A stretch of 64,000 nucleotides of DNA from contig OZ076413.1 of assembly GCA_964187785.1 (NCBI GenBank), positions 44,828,001 to 44,892,000 of the forward strand, given 5' to 3'. Of this stretch, positions 13,258 through 27,169 are shown one piece after another. The stretch is from Amphiscolops sp. MND2022. Its lineage: Eukaryota. Within the stretch, counting starts at the first letter, position 1. Each line of letters begins with the position of its first letter. A program made the translations under genes and the position numbers. The notes beneath the pieces were generated by a model. The model was not told the DNA's origin. It saw only the letters and a program-made list of their open reading frames with translations, and ran no database searches.

Positions 13258-16200
13258 ATGCTTCCTACTCCATTTACATTGAATACAGAAAAAAGACAAA
13301 ATCGATCTCTCATACAAGATGTAACACCTTTCCTCTGAAACAACATCATCTTTCAGTACACAAATCCACTTCCATTTGAAACAGAACCCCATACAGTACA
13401 TACTATTCCATTGGCACGAGAACATTGTGATTCTTATCTCTATTATATTCGATACAAAACACTTGAAATAACACCATCACAAACCCCTTTTCAAGTTATT
13501 TTTAACCCTGTTAAAGGAATAATTCCTGAAACATTTTATAGGACCATCCATCCACTAAACATAACACTTTCTATACAAGAAGTGTTCTGCACATACATAC
13601 AAAAACTTATCAAATTCAATGAAAACCAAGATACACCACTTTATCGTCCCTCTCACCCAGAAGAACTAAAACACAGATCTGAATATTTCGAGGTCCCTGA
13701 TCTTGACACAAGAATTCAAAGACATGATAACCCTAATTACTGGCTACAACAAGATATATTTCAAATAAAAAATTTTCAATACTGATTCTTCAACAACATT
13801 ATTCTTACGGATGACACTGTCCCTCAAGCCAAAATTGTTACTCATTTTCTATTAAAGTTTTTCCGATTTAACTATCAACTACTCTGGGAACAAAAAGACC
13901 AACAAGCCTACATTAACTTCCCTCAAACACTAACACCCACAGAACTCTTACGAGACATCATAAAAAATGAAAATAAACATCTACAGTACAGAGACCTTAC
14001 ATCATTCGATGTTACACATTTCGAACAGATAAACTTAGATCACAACTTTTTAGTTGAACATACTGAAACATCAGATAATTGACCTTTTACTACATCCGAT
14101 ACTTCTCATGAAACAACTCTTGAAGAACAAACCTCCAATGTTGAACTTTTATACACTAGACAACATTCGAAACAATCAGAACAAGAAAACCTTACTAACA
14201 TTTTTCAAAACCCCGATCCTCATCAAGGACACCCGCTATATCCATCATTACCACAAGCTCCCGATATACAACAAGCAAATCCGTCTGAAACTGCTACAAT
14301 TCAAAATACATCAGAATTCTCTGAAGAAACTGTACAAAATACACAAAATTTTTTAATAACTGATGACTCAAATCTTATACAAATTCCTACCCACAATATC
14401 ACACAAAACGAATTTAACAACCAAAACCAAGACAACACGTTAACTACACATCAAGACAATACCTCTGTTTTATCTACATTACATACTAATATTACACAAC
14501 CATCTCAGACACAAGTGTCACCTCGTCAAAATTATGACCCACCGCCTCTTCCATCCCAATTCTCGACCCAGATTCAAAATCGAAAGTCTCCCCAACCAAG
14601 CTCTTCAAAAACACAACACACGGCACAAAATACCAATACAGTACATTTTCAAACACCAACCCCTCCATCACCTTGTGAAATACAAAATTCAACTTATACT
14701 CCAGCTCAAACAAACCCAGTACACAATACACAACCTACTTTAAATATCAACACCATTCATTCCAATCCATCCTCTAACTACACCACTGCCAGACATCTTT
14801 CTAGACATCCATTACAAATTATATTAATTAATCCATTATCGTACAACCTTACAAGTACTAATCCAAGTCATACACAACAATCTCAGACAAATAACAACAG
14901 ACCCAATTCATTAAATACTCTCTCTTCTCAACACACGTCTAATACAATCACACCTACATTACAAACATCCCAATTCCAAATACAAAATCTTCCTTCAACA
15001 ACAGTTAGAACCAACCCTCACTTTCACAACACCTCTACCACTTTCTTAACTAATATTTCAAACAATCCTACATACAATACAGCACCACCATCTACCATAT
15101 CTCATAATACTATGCCACACCCAACATATGTTAATTCCTCTACTTCTATATCAGAACCCATTAAACCTTTCGATGGACTAGATCATAATTATACACCTGA
15201 AGAATACTTACAACATATTGAGGCACGTGTTACATTTTCCTTAGGTTTACAACCTACATCAGAACATGAAAATAAATTTTGGCACGCTCGTCGCATGACT
15301 TTCATACAATGCTCTTTAACAGGTACAGCACTCAGTTATTACATCCGTTTAAATGACACCTATCAACACGATTGGCACGCTTTCGTACAAGTTTTCAAAA
15401 AACAATTCTCCTCACAAAAGAACGCTTACTATGCTCAAGTTGAAGCCCTTAAATTAACAAAGAAAGATAATGAAACAGTACGTCACTTTGCACTCAAAGT
15501 TCAACAGCTGGTTGAAAAAGGCTGGTGTAATGAGAATGCATCCACTATTAACTTCAAATGTAATGAAATCTTTACAAAAGGACTTCCAAAAATCCTAAAG
15601 ACTTTGCAAACAAAAGACAAGTAAAACACACTTCTACTGTTCTAGAACCTTCAATTCCTTTTCATACATTAGTAAAACTTGTTGACGCTGAAGATATTGC
15701 AAACGACAAAATCAGAACGCATGAACTTGCACTTGAAATTAACAAAATTACAAAACAATTGAATACTCAAACTCTTGACCCTTCATCTCAAGAACAAATT
15801 ATGTTTACACAACCCAAAGACCCAAATAACAAAAATAAACCTGCATGTAAAAAATATTGCTCATATTGTCATAGAACAAATCATTCCATCTCTGCTTGTT
15901 TCAAAAAACGACGAGATGATGAAGACAAACGAGATGCGAATGCTACATCAAAATCTCCACAAATATCTTTTGTACAGTACTTTCGTTCTCCTTCCAATGA
16001 TAGAACAAAACACTATGATAATCGATACCGAAGTCGAAGTACCTCACGAGACAACTCCTACAACAAAACTATTCACAAAATCGATACCATTCTACATCTA
16101 GAGATAGATTTAGTTATGATAAAAGTACCACTCCTCCACACTACTCTAGATCACGATATGATACGTACAAACGTGATTCCCGGTCTTACCGTTCTCCATA

Positions 16201-16378
16201 CAGATCCTCATACCGATCTCCTTATCGACACAATTCTCGCCCTAGATATAGATCACGCTCCTATTCCAGAAATAGCAAATTCACAAAATATACAAATTCA
16301 TTCAGACCACCTTCAAGACCAAGAGACTCTAGATTTTCTAGATCTCGTTCACACTCCAATTCCAGAAACAAAATTAAT
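13258..16378 (+). pseudogene. gag: Gag with long N-terminal extension, capsid-like core, CCHC zinc knuckle and RS-rich tail
   Basis: One frame runs from ATG 13258 through ORFs 13411 and 14515, with three TGA stops. Core IKPFDG..PEEYLQHIE..SLTGTALSYY..FKKQFS..ETVRHFALKV. Knuckle CSYCHRTNHSISAC. Frameshifts near 15600 and 16070. Confidence 0.85.
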
Positions 16379-19300
16379 ATGATACAACAACAAGACCAAT
16401 CTGTCCCTATAAAATTTGAAGTACACATGTATCACCCAACAGCAATGGCAAACGCTGTAACACCCACAAGTTGGTTTTATACACTATATGTTCATACACC
16501 ATCAAGTATAGCACAAAGAGACAACCCTTCTAGATTGGAAATTGCATTCCTTCTAGATAGCGGTGCTTTCATTTCTGTATTAAATTACCCAACATACATA
16601 ACTCTTACAAAACTCTTAGATATTAGACCAAATCATACTTCTGACGTTGGACCAACTCGAAATTCAAAAACATTAACTGTTGCAAATCAAACTGAAGTTC
16701 CTATTTTACATTACGCCAATATAATTTTGAACACTACTATTGATGAAAACTCTTGTTACATTTCAGTACCTTTCGCAGTAGCTCATATCAAATATAACAT
16801 TCTTGGTACACCCTTCTTTGAAGATAATATACAAAACATAAACATACAAGACTTTACACTCGAATTCAAATACAAATCTAAAACACACCCAAATTATGCA
16901 AAGTTCACAACACTTCTATCTAAAGACTACCCATTTTTCTCTTACTTTTATGGATTTATTTCGAAAACTCAAATGCGTCTAAAACCCAAATCTTCAAAAC
17001 TTGCACACTTTCCAATAAAAAATTACCATAACCTTCATTTCACAACTACACCACAAAATCACTTCTTCCCTTCAGTACCTCATACCTACTTTGCTACTAA
17101 ATTTTGTACAAATTTCAATTTTATTGTTGTATTCACAGATAACAAACCAGATATTTGTGCAACTATCATCCAGAATACCTCAAAACGTGTTGCAACACTA
17201 CCTACAGGACATATTGGATATATCGAAGTTCCGATAACAAATGAAAAACCCAAATTTTTTCAAGTTAACGATATTAACACTTCTTTACATAATGTTACTC
17301 ATACCTACCATCCTGAAATCACTGAACCAGTTCCACAAACTAACTATATTGTACACTACGATGATCCTATATTTCCTCCTCCTCAATTTTCATTAGATCA
17401 AGTTTATATGACACATGATGACATTCCAAATCAAACTTTTCCTTTATATAACGTTCAGACTACTTCTCATACTTCTGAAAAACGCATTTTTCCTTCTCTA
17501 CCGTACACCTCTGAAAATCTAAAATTTATCAATAAATTTAATTTCCAATTTTCTGACCTTACAGACACTGAATACATTACACTTTGCAATATGTTACTCA
17601 AGTACAAAACATGTTATGCAATTCATAAAAACGATGTTGGAAAAATCTCAACGCCCTTCCGTATTATACTTATACCTAATGCTCAACTTATGACACAACG
17701 ACCTTCTAAAGTCCCTATTCACTACCGAGACAAACTTAATGTACTCCTCAAAGAACTAGAAAAATATAACATTATAAAACAAATTGGTTCCTCCCCACAA
17801 GACAAACCAGTTTATGGCACAACTTATTTAAACCCTCTCATTATAATCCCCAAGGGAGACACTATAAAGTGTGTATTAGATGCTCGACACCTTAATTCCA
17901 ATACAGAACAATCCGATGAATCTTGGCCTATTGAACCTCCCGCTCCACAATTAGCACGCGCAAATAAAAAGTACAAATCTGCAATTGACCTTATGTATGC
18001 CTATGCACATACACCTCTTGATGAAGACACTATAAAACTTTCTAGTTTCTCCTCAGGAGATAAACTCTTCGCTTCCATCCGAGGCTTCTATGGTCTCAAA
18101 GGACTTCCAAACTTCTTTACAAAACCAATGTCTACCTTCTTTAAAACTCTTATAGAACAAGGATTTGCCCTTCTCTACATTGATGATATATTACTTTTAT
18201 CTGACTCTAAAGAACACATGTTCCAACTTATCGAACAACTACACAATATTAGTACAAAAAACAATCTTAAACTAGCCCCTGAAAAATCCTTTTTCATGCT
18301 CCTCAAAGTCAATTTTCTTGGACATGAAATTGGTTACAAAACAATAAAACCAATCCATTCAAAAATTGCAGCTATCCATAAAATTCCTTCTCTAACTGGC
18401 AAAGTTGCCCTAATGAGTTTCATTGGCGCACTCAACTTTTACACCAAGTTTATTGAAAAACTACATACTAACCTTAAACCATTTTACGACCTTTTACATG
18501 CGAACACTCCTTGGAAAAGGACAGATGAACATGAAAGCCTTTTTCAAAAACTTAAAATGTCTCTCACTTCTGAAACAGAACATACAATACCAAATACAAA
18601 ACATCCATTTTTCATTACAGTTGACGCTTCACTTATCGGATTAGGCGCTGTCTTATTCCGATTAAATGAACAGAACAAAATGAAAGTTATATCGTACAAC
18701 TCTCGTATACTCAACCCACAAGAACAAAAACTCACCACACTTGACAGAGAACTCCTTGGTATAGTACATGCTCTCTAAATCTATGAATTTCTTATCATTG
18801 GTTCTCCCCAACCAATACATATTTTTACTGATCACAAACCTTTATTACATTGTTTTACAAAGAAAGGTAACCTTAGTCCTCGTTTTTACAGAGCTCAAAT
18901 GCGATCAACAAAATTGTCAAAACCCAAAATAATTCACACTCCTGGAAAAAGTCTCTCCGTTGCCGATATGTTAAGTCGCTCTTTTACAAAAGCTGAATTA
19001 AAACTCAATCAATTAAAACACAAACAACTACCACCACAAATTGATTTTGCACTGTTACAAAATGGCACTTTTAAATCTGTACATTACTTAATTAAACATG
19101 AAGAAATCTTAACTCACCAAAAACATGACTCTCACCCAATTCTCGCTGATTATGGTGCAGATCAATTCTCTATACGTATCAATGACAAAGGAAATGACAT
19201 TATTGTCAAGCCGCTACAATCCTTTTCATTTAAATCTATAACTCCTTTTCAAACAAAGTTCAAAACACCTATAAAAAAGAACAATAAAACTCTTCATCAA

Positions 19301-21437
19301 CAATCTCTTTTACTCAATGATACTGATATTACAAGCGATGACGAAGATCATATATATGCCAGAATTCCAAAATCTGACTCTTCTTTCTTACATGACACAA
19401 CATTACAAACAGAAAACTATTCTACTCTCAACAAATCAACCCCTAAAACCTCACAAAAATCTGTTTCTGCAATAAATGTACAAACAAATTTACCACCTCT
19501 CACACATTGCCCACAGATTATACCTTTCTATGATACCTCATTTTTCAAGTACAAAAACTATTTTCAAGGTTTTTTCCTCCCAGATGACTACTCATTAGAC
19601 ATAACAACACTTCAACAACAACAATCCCAAGACCCGGTTCTTAGAACTGTTTATTCTTGGATTGTTAAAAGTGAAAAACCTGAAACTCTAACACCCCTTA
19701 CCACTGGCACTCCTTTTCTACATGCTTATTACAAACGATTTTCACAACTTTTTATAGATGATTCCACAAATCTTATTAGCCTCTATAATAAACACTCACC
19801 TACTCAAGCCCAATCTTCTACTCCAGATTTTGTACACGCTACTATCCGAATATGTCTTCCTTTCAGACTATTCAAAACATTTTTTAACAAACTTCATGAA
19901 CACTCTCATACAGGTATCAAAATCACATATAATACATTTGCACAATATTACTATATTCCATTTGTATAAAAATGGCTTTCCATTTTTATACACGACTGTG
20001 TTGAATGTCAACGCAATTAACACTTTAACATGAAAATCCAAACTGCTCCTACACAATCATTTTCAGAACATGCTCCATCTTTCAACTATCGCATTTCAAT
20101 GGACACTAAAGAACCTATTAACCCTCCTTCACACAACGAATCATATATACATGTCATAATTGACGCTTTTAGTCACTTTGTTGTTACAGTACCCATCAAA
20201 TCAAACAATGCAAGAACTGCAATCAAAACTCTCCTACACCATTGGATTATTAAATTTGGACCACCCATATATCTTGTTACTGATCGTGGATCAGAATACG
20301 TGATTGAAGAAATGGCACACCATTGTACACTTATGGGAATTCGTCATTCTCCTAGAACAGCTTACTCTCCTCGGACAAATGGCCTTGTCGAAGTACAAAA
20401 CAGAAATCTTGGTACACATCTACAAATGTTCTTACATGACACACCTAAAGATTGGGCATTCCAAGTCCATGTGTACGCTTATGCACATAATCCACAACCA
20501 CTTTCAGAACTCAATAATTCTCCTCATGAAATTGTTTTTCACACAAGACCCAGAATACCCCTTACTTTCGATTTAAATCCTAATAGAGACCCCTCTAAAA
20601 CATGTATTTCACGCTATTGCTCCCAACTTCCAGAACACTCACATTATGACAAATCAGATCTCAACCCATTTTTTTAAAGAACTTTTTCAAAACCCATTCC
20701 ACAAAGGTTTCTCGCCGTAGAAACTGCTATGTTACAAATTTATTCTACAGTATATGAAAACACATTACGAAAAATCAATTCACACGCATACATTACAAAA
20801 ACTTACCATGAAGGTAAACCCATTCCTATTGGCACTTTTGTTTTAAAATGAAATTCGGATTGGACCATACAAAATTATTGATAGACTATCAGATGTTACA
20901 TATGAACTACTTGCACAAGATGGCTCTACAAAACATGTTCATAGAAACCACTTGATTCCATATTATCCAAAAGAACCACTTTTATATCCACATTTACGTA
21001 GTTTCATGCGCTTTTCAGACACAACTCAAATCCAAGTTCCACAACCTACCAAATATGCAAACAGTGATTATTCCCCTTTTAACTCAGATGAATCCTTATC
21101 AGACGAAGACTCTCAAACATTTATGACACCATCCACAACAGAAGATTCTTCTCAAACATTTGTGACACCATCTTCATTTAGTACGTCCAATCAAAATACA
21201 CCATCTATAACATCCAATTACAAGTCTTTAACTTCCGCAACCAATGGCAACTCATTATACAAAAATATAATTAACACCCCTCACACTAATATCCCTAGTG
21301 ACAGATCAAGACACTCTCCTAATAATCAAACAGATTCACTTCCTCCTCGAATTGACAGAGCTACTAAAACTACTTATAAACTACGACAACAACCCAAATT
21401 AGATTATAGACTTTTCATAACAACTTCAAAACTGTGA
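16379..21437 (+). pseudogene. pol: Pol polyprotein: aspartic protease, RT, RNase H, integrase with GPY motif
   Basis: LLDSGA (~16550), YIDD (18176-18187), TVDASLIGLGAVL, FTDHKPL and VADMLSR (RNase H). HHCC as HEHSH..CVEC, D-D-E as SMDT, TDRG, NGLVE, and RIGPYKII at ~20856. The PR-RT-RH-IN order indicates Ty3/Gypsy. Several stops and frameshifts. Confidence 0.95.
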
Positions 21438-22232
21438 CCTCATCATTCTATCAACTGGCTCACTCAAAACTAGTCACTGCAGCTGAATGCAAGATAATCA
21501 CTAACAAGTTATCTCAACGATTACCTGTTGAAAAACTATTTCGAGAATCCTGGATTCTTCCTCTGATATATCTCCATCAGCTCCAAGTATTCCTCTACTC
21601 CTGAGTCTTCAATATCAAACACTACAATGTAATGTAACTCCTACTACCCCTTCTAAAAGACCAAGATCATACGTTTCTGAAACATAATCTTCATCACTCC
21701 TTCATAGACCACCTATAACTGAAATTCCTATCACCACTCGTACTCAACAAACCCCTATTAATACTCCTAGAGTACACATACCAAACCCTGAAAGTGTTGA
21801 ACAATACGTATATTACAAACATCCTACAGCTATCAAAACTGTTAGACTACAACCTCAACCTTATCTTGTACACATCCCTGATACTGAATATACAAAATTA
21901 CCTCCACTGAAATTACCATCTGAACTCAGTAATACTTCTTCGAAACTCGATCCACCACTAAAACCTCTTCGAAAACCTTCTACATCACTATCAAATCTCT
22001 TAGACAAAACATCAGAATACACTCCATCACAAGATACTACAAGTTCACTTTTTGTCCCTCAACATAGATATAATAATGTAATGTATGTAATAATGTAATA
22101 ATGTAATAATAAGATAATGTCAATCTTCGGGACCTTCCTTCACGCAGACTTAGTACAGACACTTCTACACTTAACCTATCTGCTTTTTCTAGCAATTCTG
22201 CTTTAAGACATGTACGACAACACGCACAACCA

Positions 22233-22862
22233 TTGTCTTCCGAAACCAATTCTTCCGAATTTAGACTTGTACGACAACACGCACAACCATTGTCTTCTGA
22301 AACAAATTCTTCCGAATATATACCTTCTCCATATTTTACATCTGGTTTTGAAACCGCCTCTCTACTTTCTTCAGACGCTCAGACTGCATTCCTTTCCGGA
22401 AATCTTTTCTCAGAAGTTATATTACCTGTTCCTGCACATATTAGAATACCTGAATATTACACTGCTGATCAATCTAGACCTCCAACTCCAAATTTTGCTG
22501 ACTATCCACTTAGAGTCGATGGTATAACCATCTACGACCCACAGCACGATCCTAGATTCCCTATCCGTGCAGAACGCTTTATTACAAACAACGATCTCTT
22601 ATCTCACAAAAGAAAGGAAACAGAATTAAAACGCCTCCAGACACCCAGTCTAGAACTCAAAGTTGAAGTTAAAGTTAAATTTCAAGGTTTAAATCCCCAT
22701 CCAATATTTCACGTCTCCAAGATAGAACATAAAACTTCCCCTGCTCCTTTTGAAGTAGTACACATTGAATTTGAACGCGACCTCAGTATACCCACTATTA
22801 CCTATGGCAAAATCACATTCTGTAACCGATACTCCGGTCTTAAATATACTACCTCTTTCTAA
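22233..22862 (+). CDS. Unknown ORF between pol and env, probably the N-terminal part of the env polyprotein (second copy 26542-27171)
   Basis: 209-aa open frame ending one frameshift from the signal-peptide-like segment that precedes the glycoprotein. Contains a 57-bp in-frame tandem repeat. Confidence 0.5.
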   Translation: MSSETNSSEFRLVRQHAQPLSSETNSSEYIPSPYFTSGFETASLLSSDAQTAFLSGNLFSEVILPVPAHIRIPEYYTADQSRPPTPNFADYPLRVDGITIYDPQHDPRFPIRAERFITNNDLLSHKRKETELKRLQTPSLELKVEVKVKFQGLNPHPIFHVSKIEHKTSPAPFEVVHIEFERDLSIPTITYGKITFCNRYSGLKYTTSF

Positions 22863-23991
22863 ACTCTTTACAACCTCTTATATAACAACTCTGTTACTCT
22901 ATTTACACTAGTTTAACTTCACCTTTTCAATACCCATAACAACCTCTGATACAGAAACCTATCTTCCATCGGATGATCCGAATATTACAAATCTCATGGT
23001 TTCTCATTGTGACTATGCAAAACAACATAATTCGAGACAGTTTAACTTACTTAATGTGAAACAATGCACTGAAGCTCCTTCTGACAATAAACACGCAAGT
23101 GTTAAAGCCCGTGTATATGTCCGAGCAAAAGCTAAACGCATTAAAGCTTTTAAATGTGTTGCCTATGCAAAACAAGAAAGAAAAATTTGCTTTCAAGGTT
23201 CCGTAAAGTACCGTCGTGTTGATAGAACTGTATGGAATCATAATACATTACCGCTTCCTGTTACTCTTGATCCATTAGAATGTATAAACATTATAAGACA
23301 TCTAAATGGTACAAATGATAAAAATTGAACAACCTCCACTACAATAAAACTCTCACACTCTTAGAAGATCATTACTTTCAAGAACAATTAGAACAATATC
23401 AAACTCCTTTCACTGTATATCGATTGAATAAAATGTATACAGGTACATTTACTTTTATGCCTGCAGACGAAAACTGGATATATGACCCTACGCAAAACCC
23501 TTATCATAACTGTCCTGCTCATCACCAATTCGAAGTCAACCTAGTTAGTTGGCGCTTAGAAATTTCTGAAGTAGAACTCACTTATGATGATACGTCTAAT
23601 GATATGATCATAGATGGACATACATTACCCTGCTATTTTGCAGATGGTTTTTGCAAACCTACACGAAACGAAAACCCCTTTTACTCTTGTTTGGTTTAAT
23701 GATGACTATTGCTTAATTTTCACATTACAAGACTTTATCGGTCGTATGACTAAAATCGAAGACAGATATTGGATTGAAACAGACTCTTTTGTACATTCTC
23801 CACACTCAATAAAACCTAAAAAAACTTCTGGTATCAAAGGTACAGAACATCCATATGTTTATGCTCCTCATACACAACATCCAATTAACCCAAGTCTTTC
23901 ACGTTTTGAAGTTTTCCCTACAGCACCAACTGTTTTTGGTAAACCTGACCCACTTCATTCTACACAATATTCAGCCCTTTTTGTTACATAC
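22861..23991 (+). pseudogene. env: Envelope-like glycoprotein, N-terminal half (truncated copy)
   Basis: Same sequence as 27170-28299, cut at the duplication junction. Confidence 0.75.
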
Positions 23992-26900
23992 AAACTCTAA
24001 CACCCCTTACCACTGGCACTCCTTTTCTACATGCTTATTACAAACGATTTTCACAACTTTTTATAGATGATTCCACAAATCTTATTAGCCTCTATAATAA
24101 ACACTCACCTACTCAAGCCCAATCTTCTACTCCAGATTTTGTACACGCTACTATCCGAATATGTCTTCCTTTCAGACTATTCAAAACATTTTTTAACAAA
24201 CTTCATGAACACTCTCATACAGGTATCAAAATCACATATAATACATTTGCACAATATTACTATATTCCATTTGTATAAAAATGGCTTTCCATTTTTATAC
24301 ACGACTGTGTTGAATGTCAACGCAATTAACACTTTAACATGAAAATCCAAACTGCTCCTACACAATCATTTTCAGAACATGCTCCATCTTTCAACTATCG
24401 CATTTCAATGGACACTAAAGAACCTATTAACCCTCCTTCACACAACGAATCATATATACATGTCATAATTGACGCTTTTAGTCACTTTGTTGTTACAGTA
24501 CCCATCAAATCAAACAATGCAAGAACTGCAATCAAAACTCTCCTACACCATTGGATTATTAAATTTGGACCACCCATATATCTTGTTACTGATCGTGGAT
24601 CAGAATACGTGATTGAAGAAATGGCACACCATTGTACACTTATGGGAATTCGTCATTCTCCTAGAACAGCTTACTCTCCTCGGACAAATGGCCTTGTCGA
24701 AGTACAAAACAGAAATCTTGGTACACATCTACAAATGTTCTTACATGACACACCTAAAGATTGGGCATTCCAAGTCCATGTGTACGCTTATGCACATAAT
24801 CCACAACCACTTTCAGAACTCAATAATTCTCCTCATGAAATTGTTTTTCACACAAGACCCAGAATACCCCTTACTTTCGATTTAAATCCTAATAGAGACC
24901 CCTCTAAAACATGTATTTCACGCTATTGCTCCCAACTTCCAGAACACTCACATTATGACAAATCAGATCTCAACCCATTTTTTTAAAGAACTTTTTCAAA
25001 ACCCATTCCACAAAGGTTTCTCGCCGTAGAAACTGCTATGTTACAAATTTATTCTACAGTATATGAAAACACATTACGAAAAATCAATTCACACGCATAC
25101 ATTACAAAAACTTACCATGAAGGTAAACCAATTCCTATTGGCACTTTTGTTTTAAAATGAAATTCGGATTGGACCATACAAAATTATTGATAGACTATCA
25201 GATGTTACATATGAACTACTTGCACAAGATGGCTCTACAAAACATGTTCATAGAAACCACTTGATTCCATATTATCCAAAAGAACCACTTTTATATCCAC
25301 ATTTACGTAGTTTCATGCGCTTTTCAGACACAACTCAAATCCAAGTTCCACAACCTACCAAATATGCAAACAGTGATTATTCCCCTTTTAACTCAGATGA
25401 ATCCTTATCAGACGAAGACTCTCAAACATTTATGACACCATCCACAACAGAAGATTCTTCTCAAACATTTGTGACACCATCTTCATTTAGTACGTCCAAT
25501 CAAAATACACCATCTATAACATCCAATTACAAGTCTTTAACTTCCGCAACCAATGGCAACTCATTATACAAAAATATAATTAACACCCCTCACACTAATA
25601 TCCCTAGTGACAGATCAAGACACTCTCCTAATAATCAAACAGATTCACTTCCTCCTCGAATTGACAGAGCTACTAAAACTACTTATAAACTACGACAACA
25701 ACCCAAATTAGATTATAGACTTTTCATAACAACTTCAAAACTGTGACCTCATCATTCTATCAACTGGCTCACTCAAAACTAGTCACTGCAGCTGAATGCA
25801 AGATAATCACTAACAAGTTATCTCAACGATTACCTGTTGAAAAACTATTTCGAGAATCCTGGATTCTTCCTATGATATATCTCCATCAGCTCCAAGTATT
25901 CCTCTACTCCTGAGTCTTCAATATCAAACACTACAATGTAATGTAACTCCTACTACCCCTTCTAAAAGACCAAGATCATACGTTTCTGAAACATAATCTT
26001 CATCACTCCTTCATAGACCACCTATAACTGAAATTCCTATCACCACTCGTACTCAACAAACCCCTATTAATACTCCTAGAGTACACATACCAAACCCTGA
26101 AAGTGTTGAACAATACGTATATTACAAACATCCTACAGCTATCAAAACTGTTAGACTACAACCTCAACCTTATCTTGTACACATCCCTGATACTGAATAT
26201 ACAAAATTACCTCCACTGAAATTACCATCTGAACTCAGTAATACTTCTTCGAAACTCGATCCACCACTAAAACCTCTTCGAAAACCTTCTACATCACTAT
26301 CAAATCTCTTAGACAAAACATCAGAATACACTCCATCACAAGATACTACAAGTTCACTTTTTGTCCCTCAACATAGATATAATAATGTAATGTATGTAAT
26401 AATGTAATAATGTAATAATAAGATAATGTCAATCTTCGGGACCTTCCTTCACGCAGACTTAGTACAGACACTTCTACACTTAACCTATCTGCTTTTTCTA
26501 GCAATTCTGCTTTAAGACATGTACGACAACACGCACAACCATTGTCTTCCGAAACCAATTCTTCCGAATTTAGACTTGTACGACAACACGCACAACCATT
26601 GTCTTCTGAAACAAATTCTTCCGAATATATACCTTCTCCATATTTTACATCTGGTTTTGAAACCGCCTCTCTACTTTCTTCAGACGCTCAGACTGCATTC
26701 CTTTCCGGAAATCTTTTCTCAGAAGTTATATTACCTGTTCCTGCACATATTAGAATACCTGAATATTACACTGCTGATCAATCTAGACCTCCAACTCCAA
26801 ATTTTGCTGACTATCCACTTAGAGTCGATGGTATAACCATCTACGACCCACAGCACGATCCTAGATTCCCTATCCGTGCAGAACGCTTTATTACAAACAA

Positions 26901-27169
26901 CGATCTCTTATCTCACAAAAGAAAGGAAACAGAATTAAAACGCCTTCAGACACCCAGTCTAGAACTCAAAGTTGAAGTTAAAGTTAAATTTCAAGGTTTA
27001 AATCCCCATCCAATATTTCACGTCTCCAAGATAGAACATAAAACTTCCCCTGCTCCTTTTGAAGTAGTACACATTGAATTTGAACGCGACCTCAGTATAC
27101 CCACTATTACCTATGGCAAAATCACATTCTGTAACCAATACTCCGGTCTTAAATATACTACCTCTTTCT

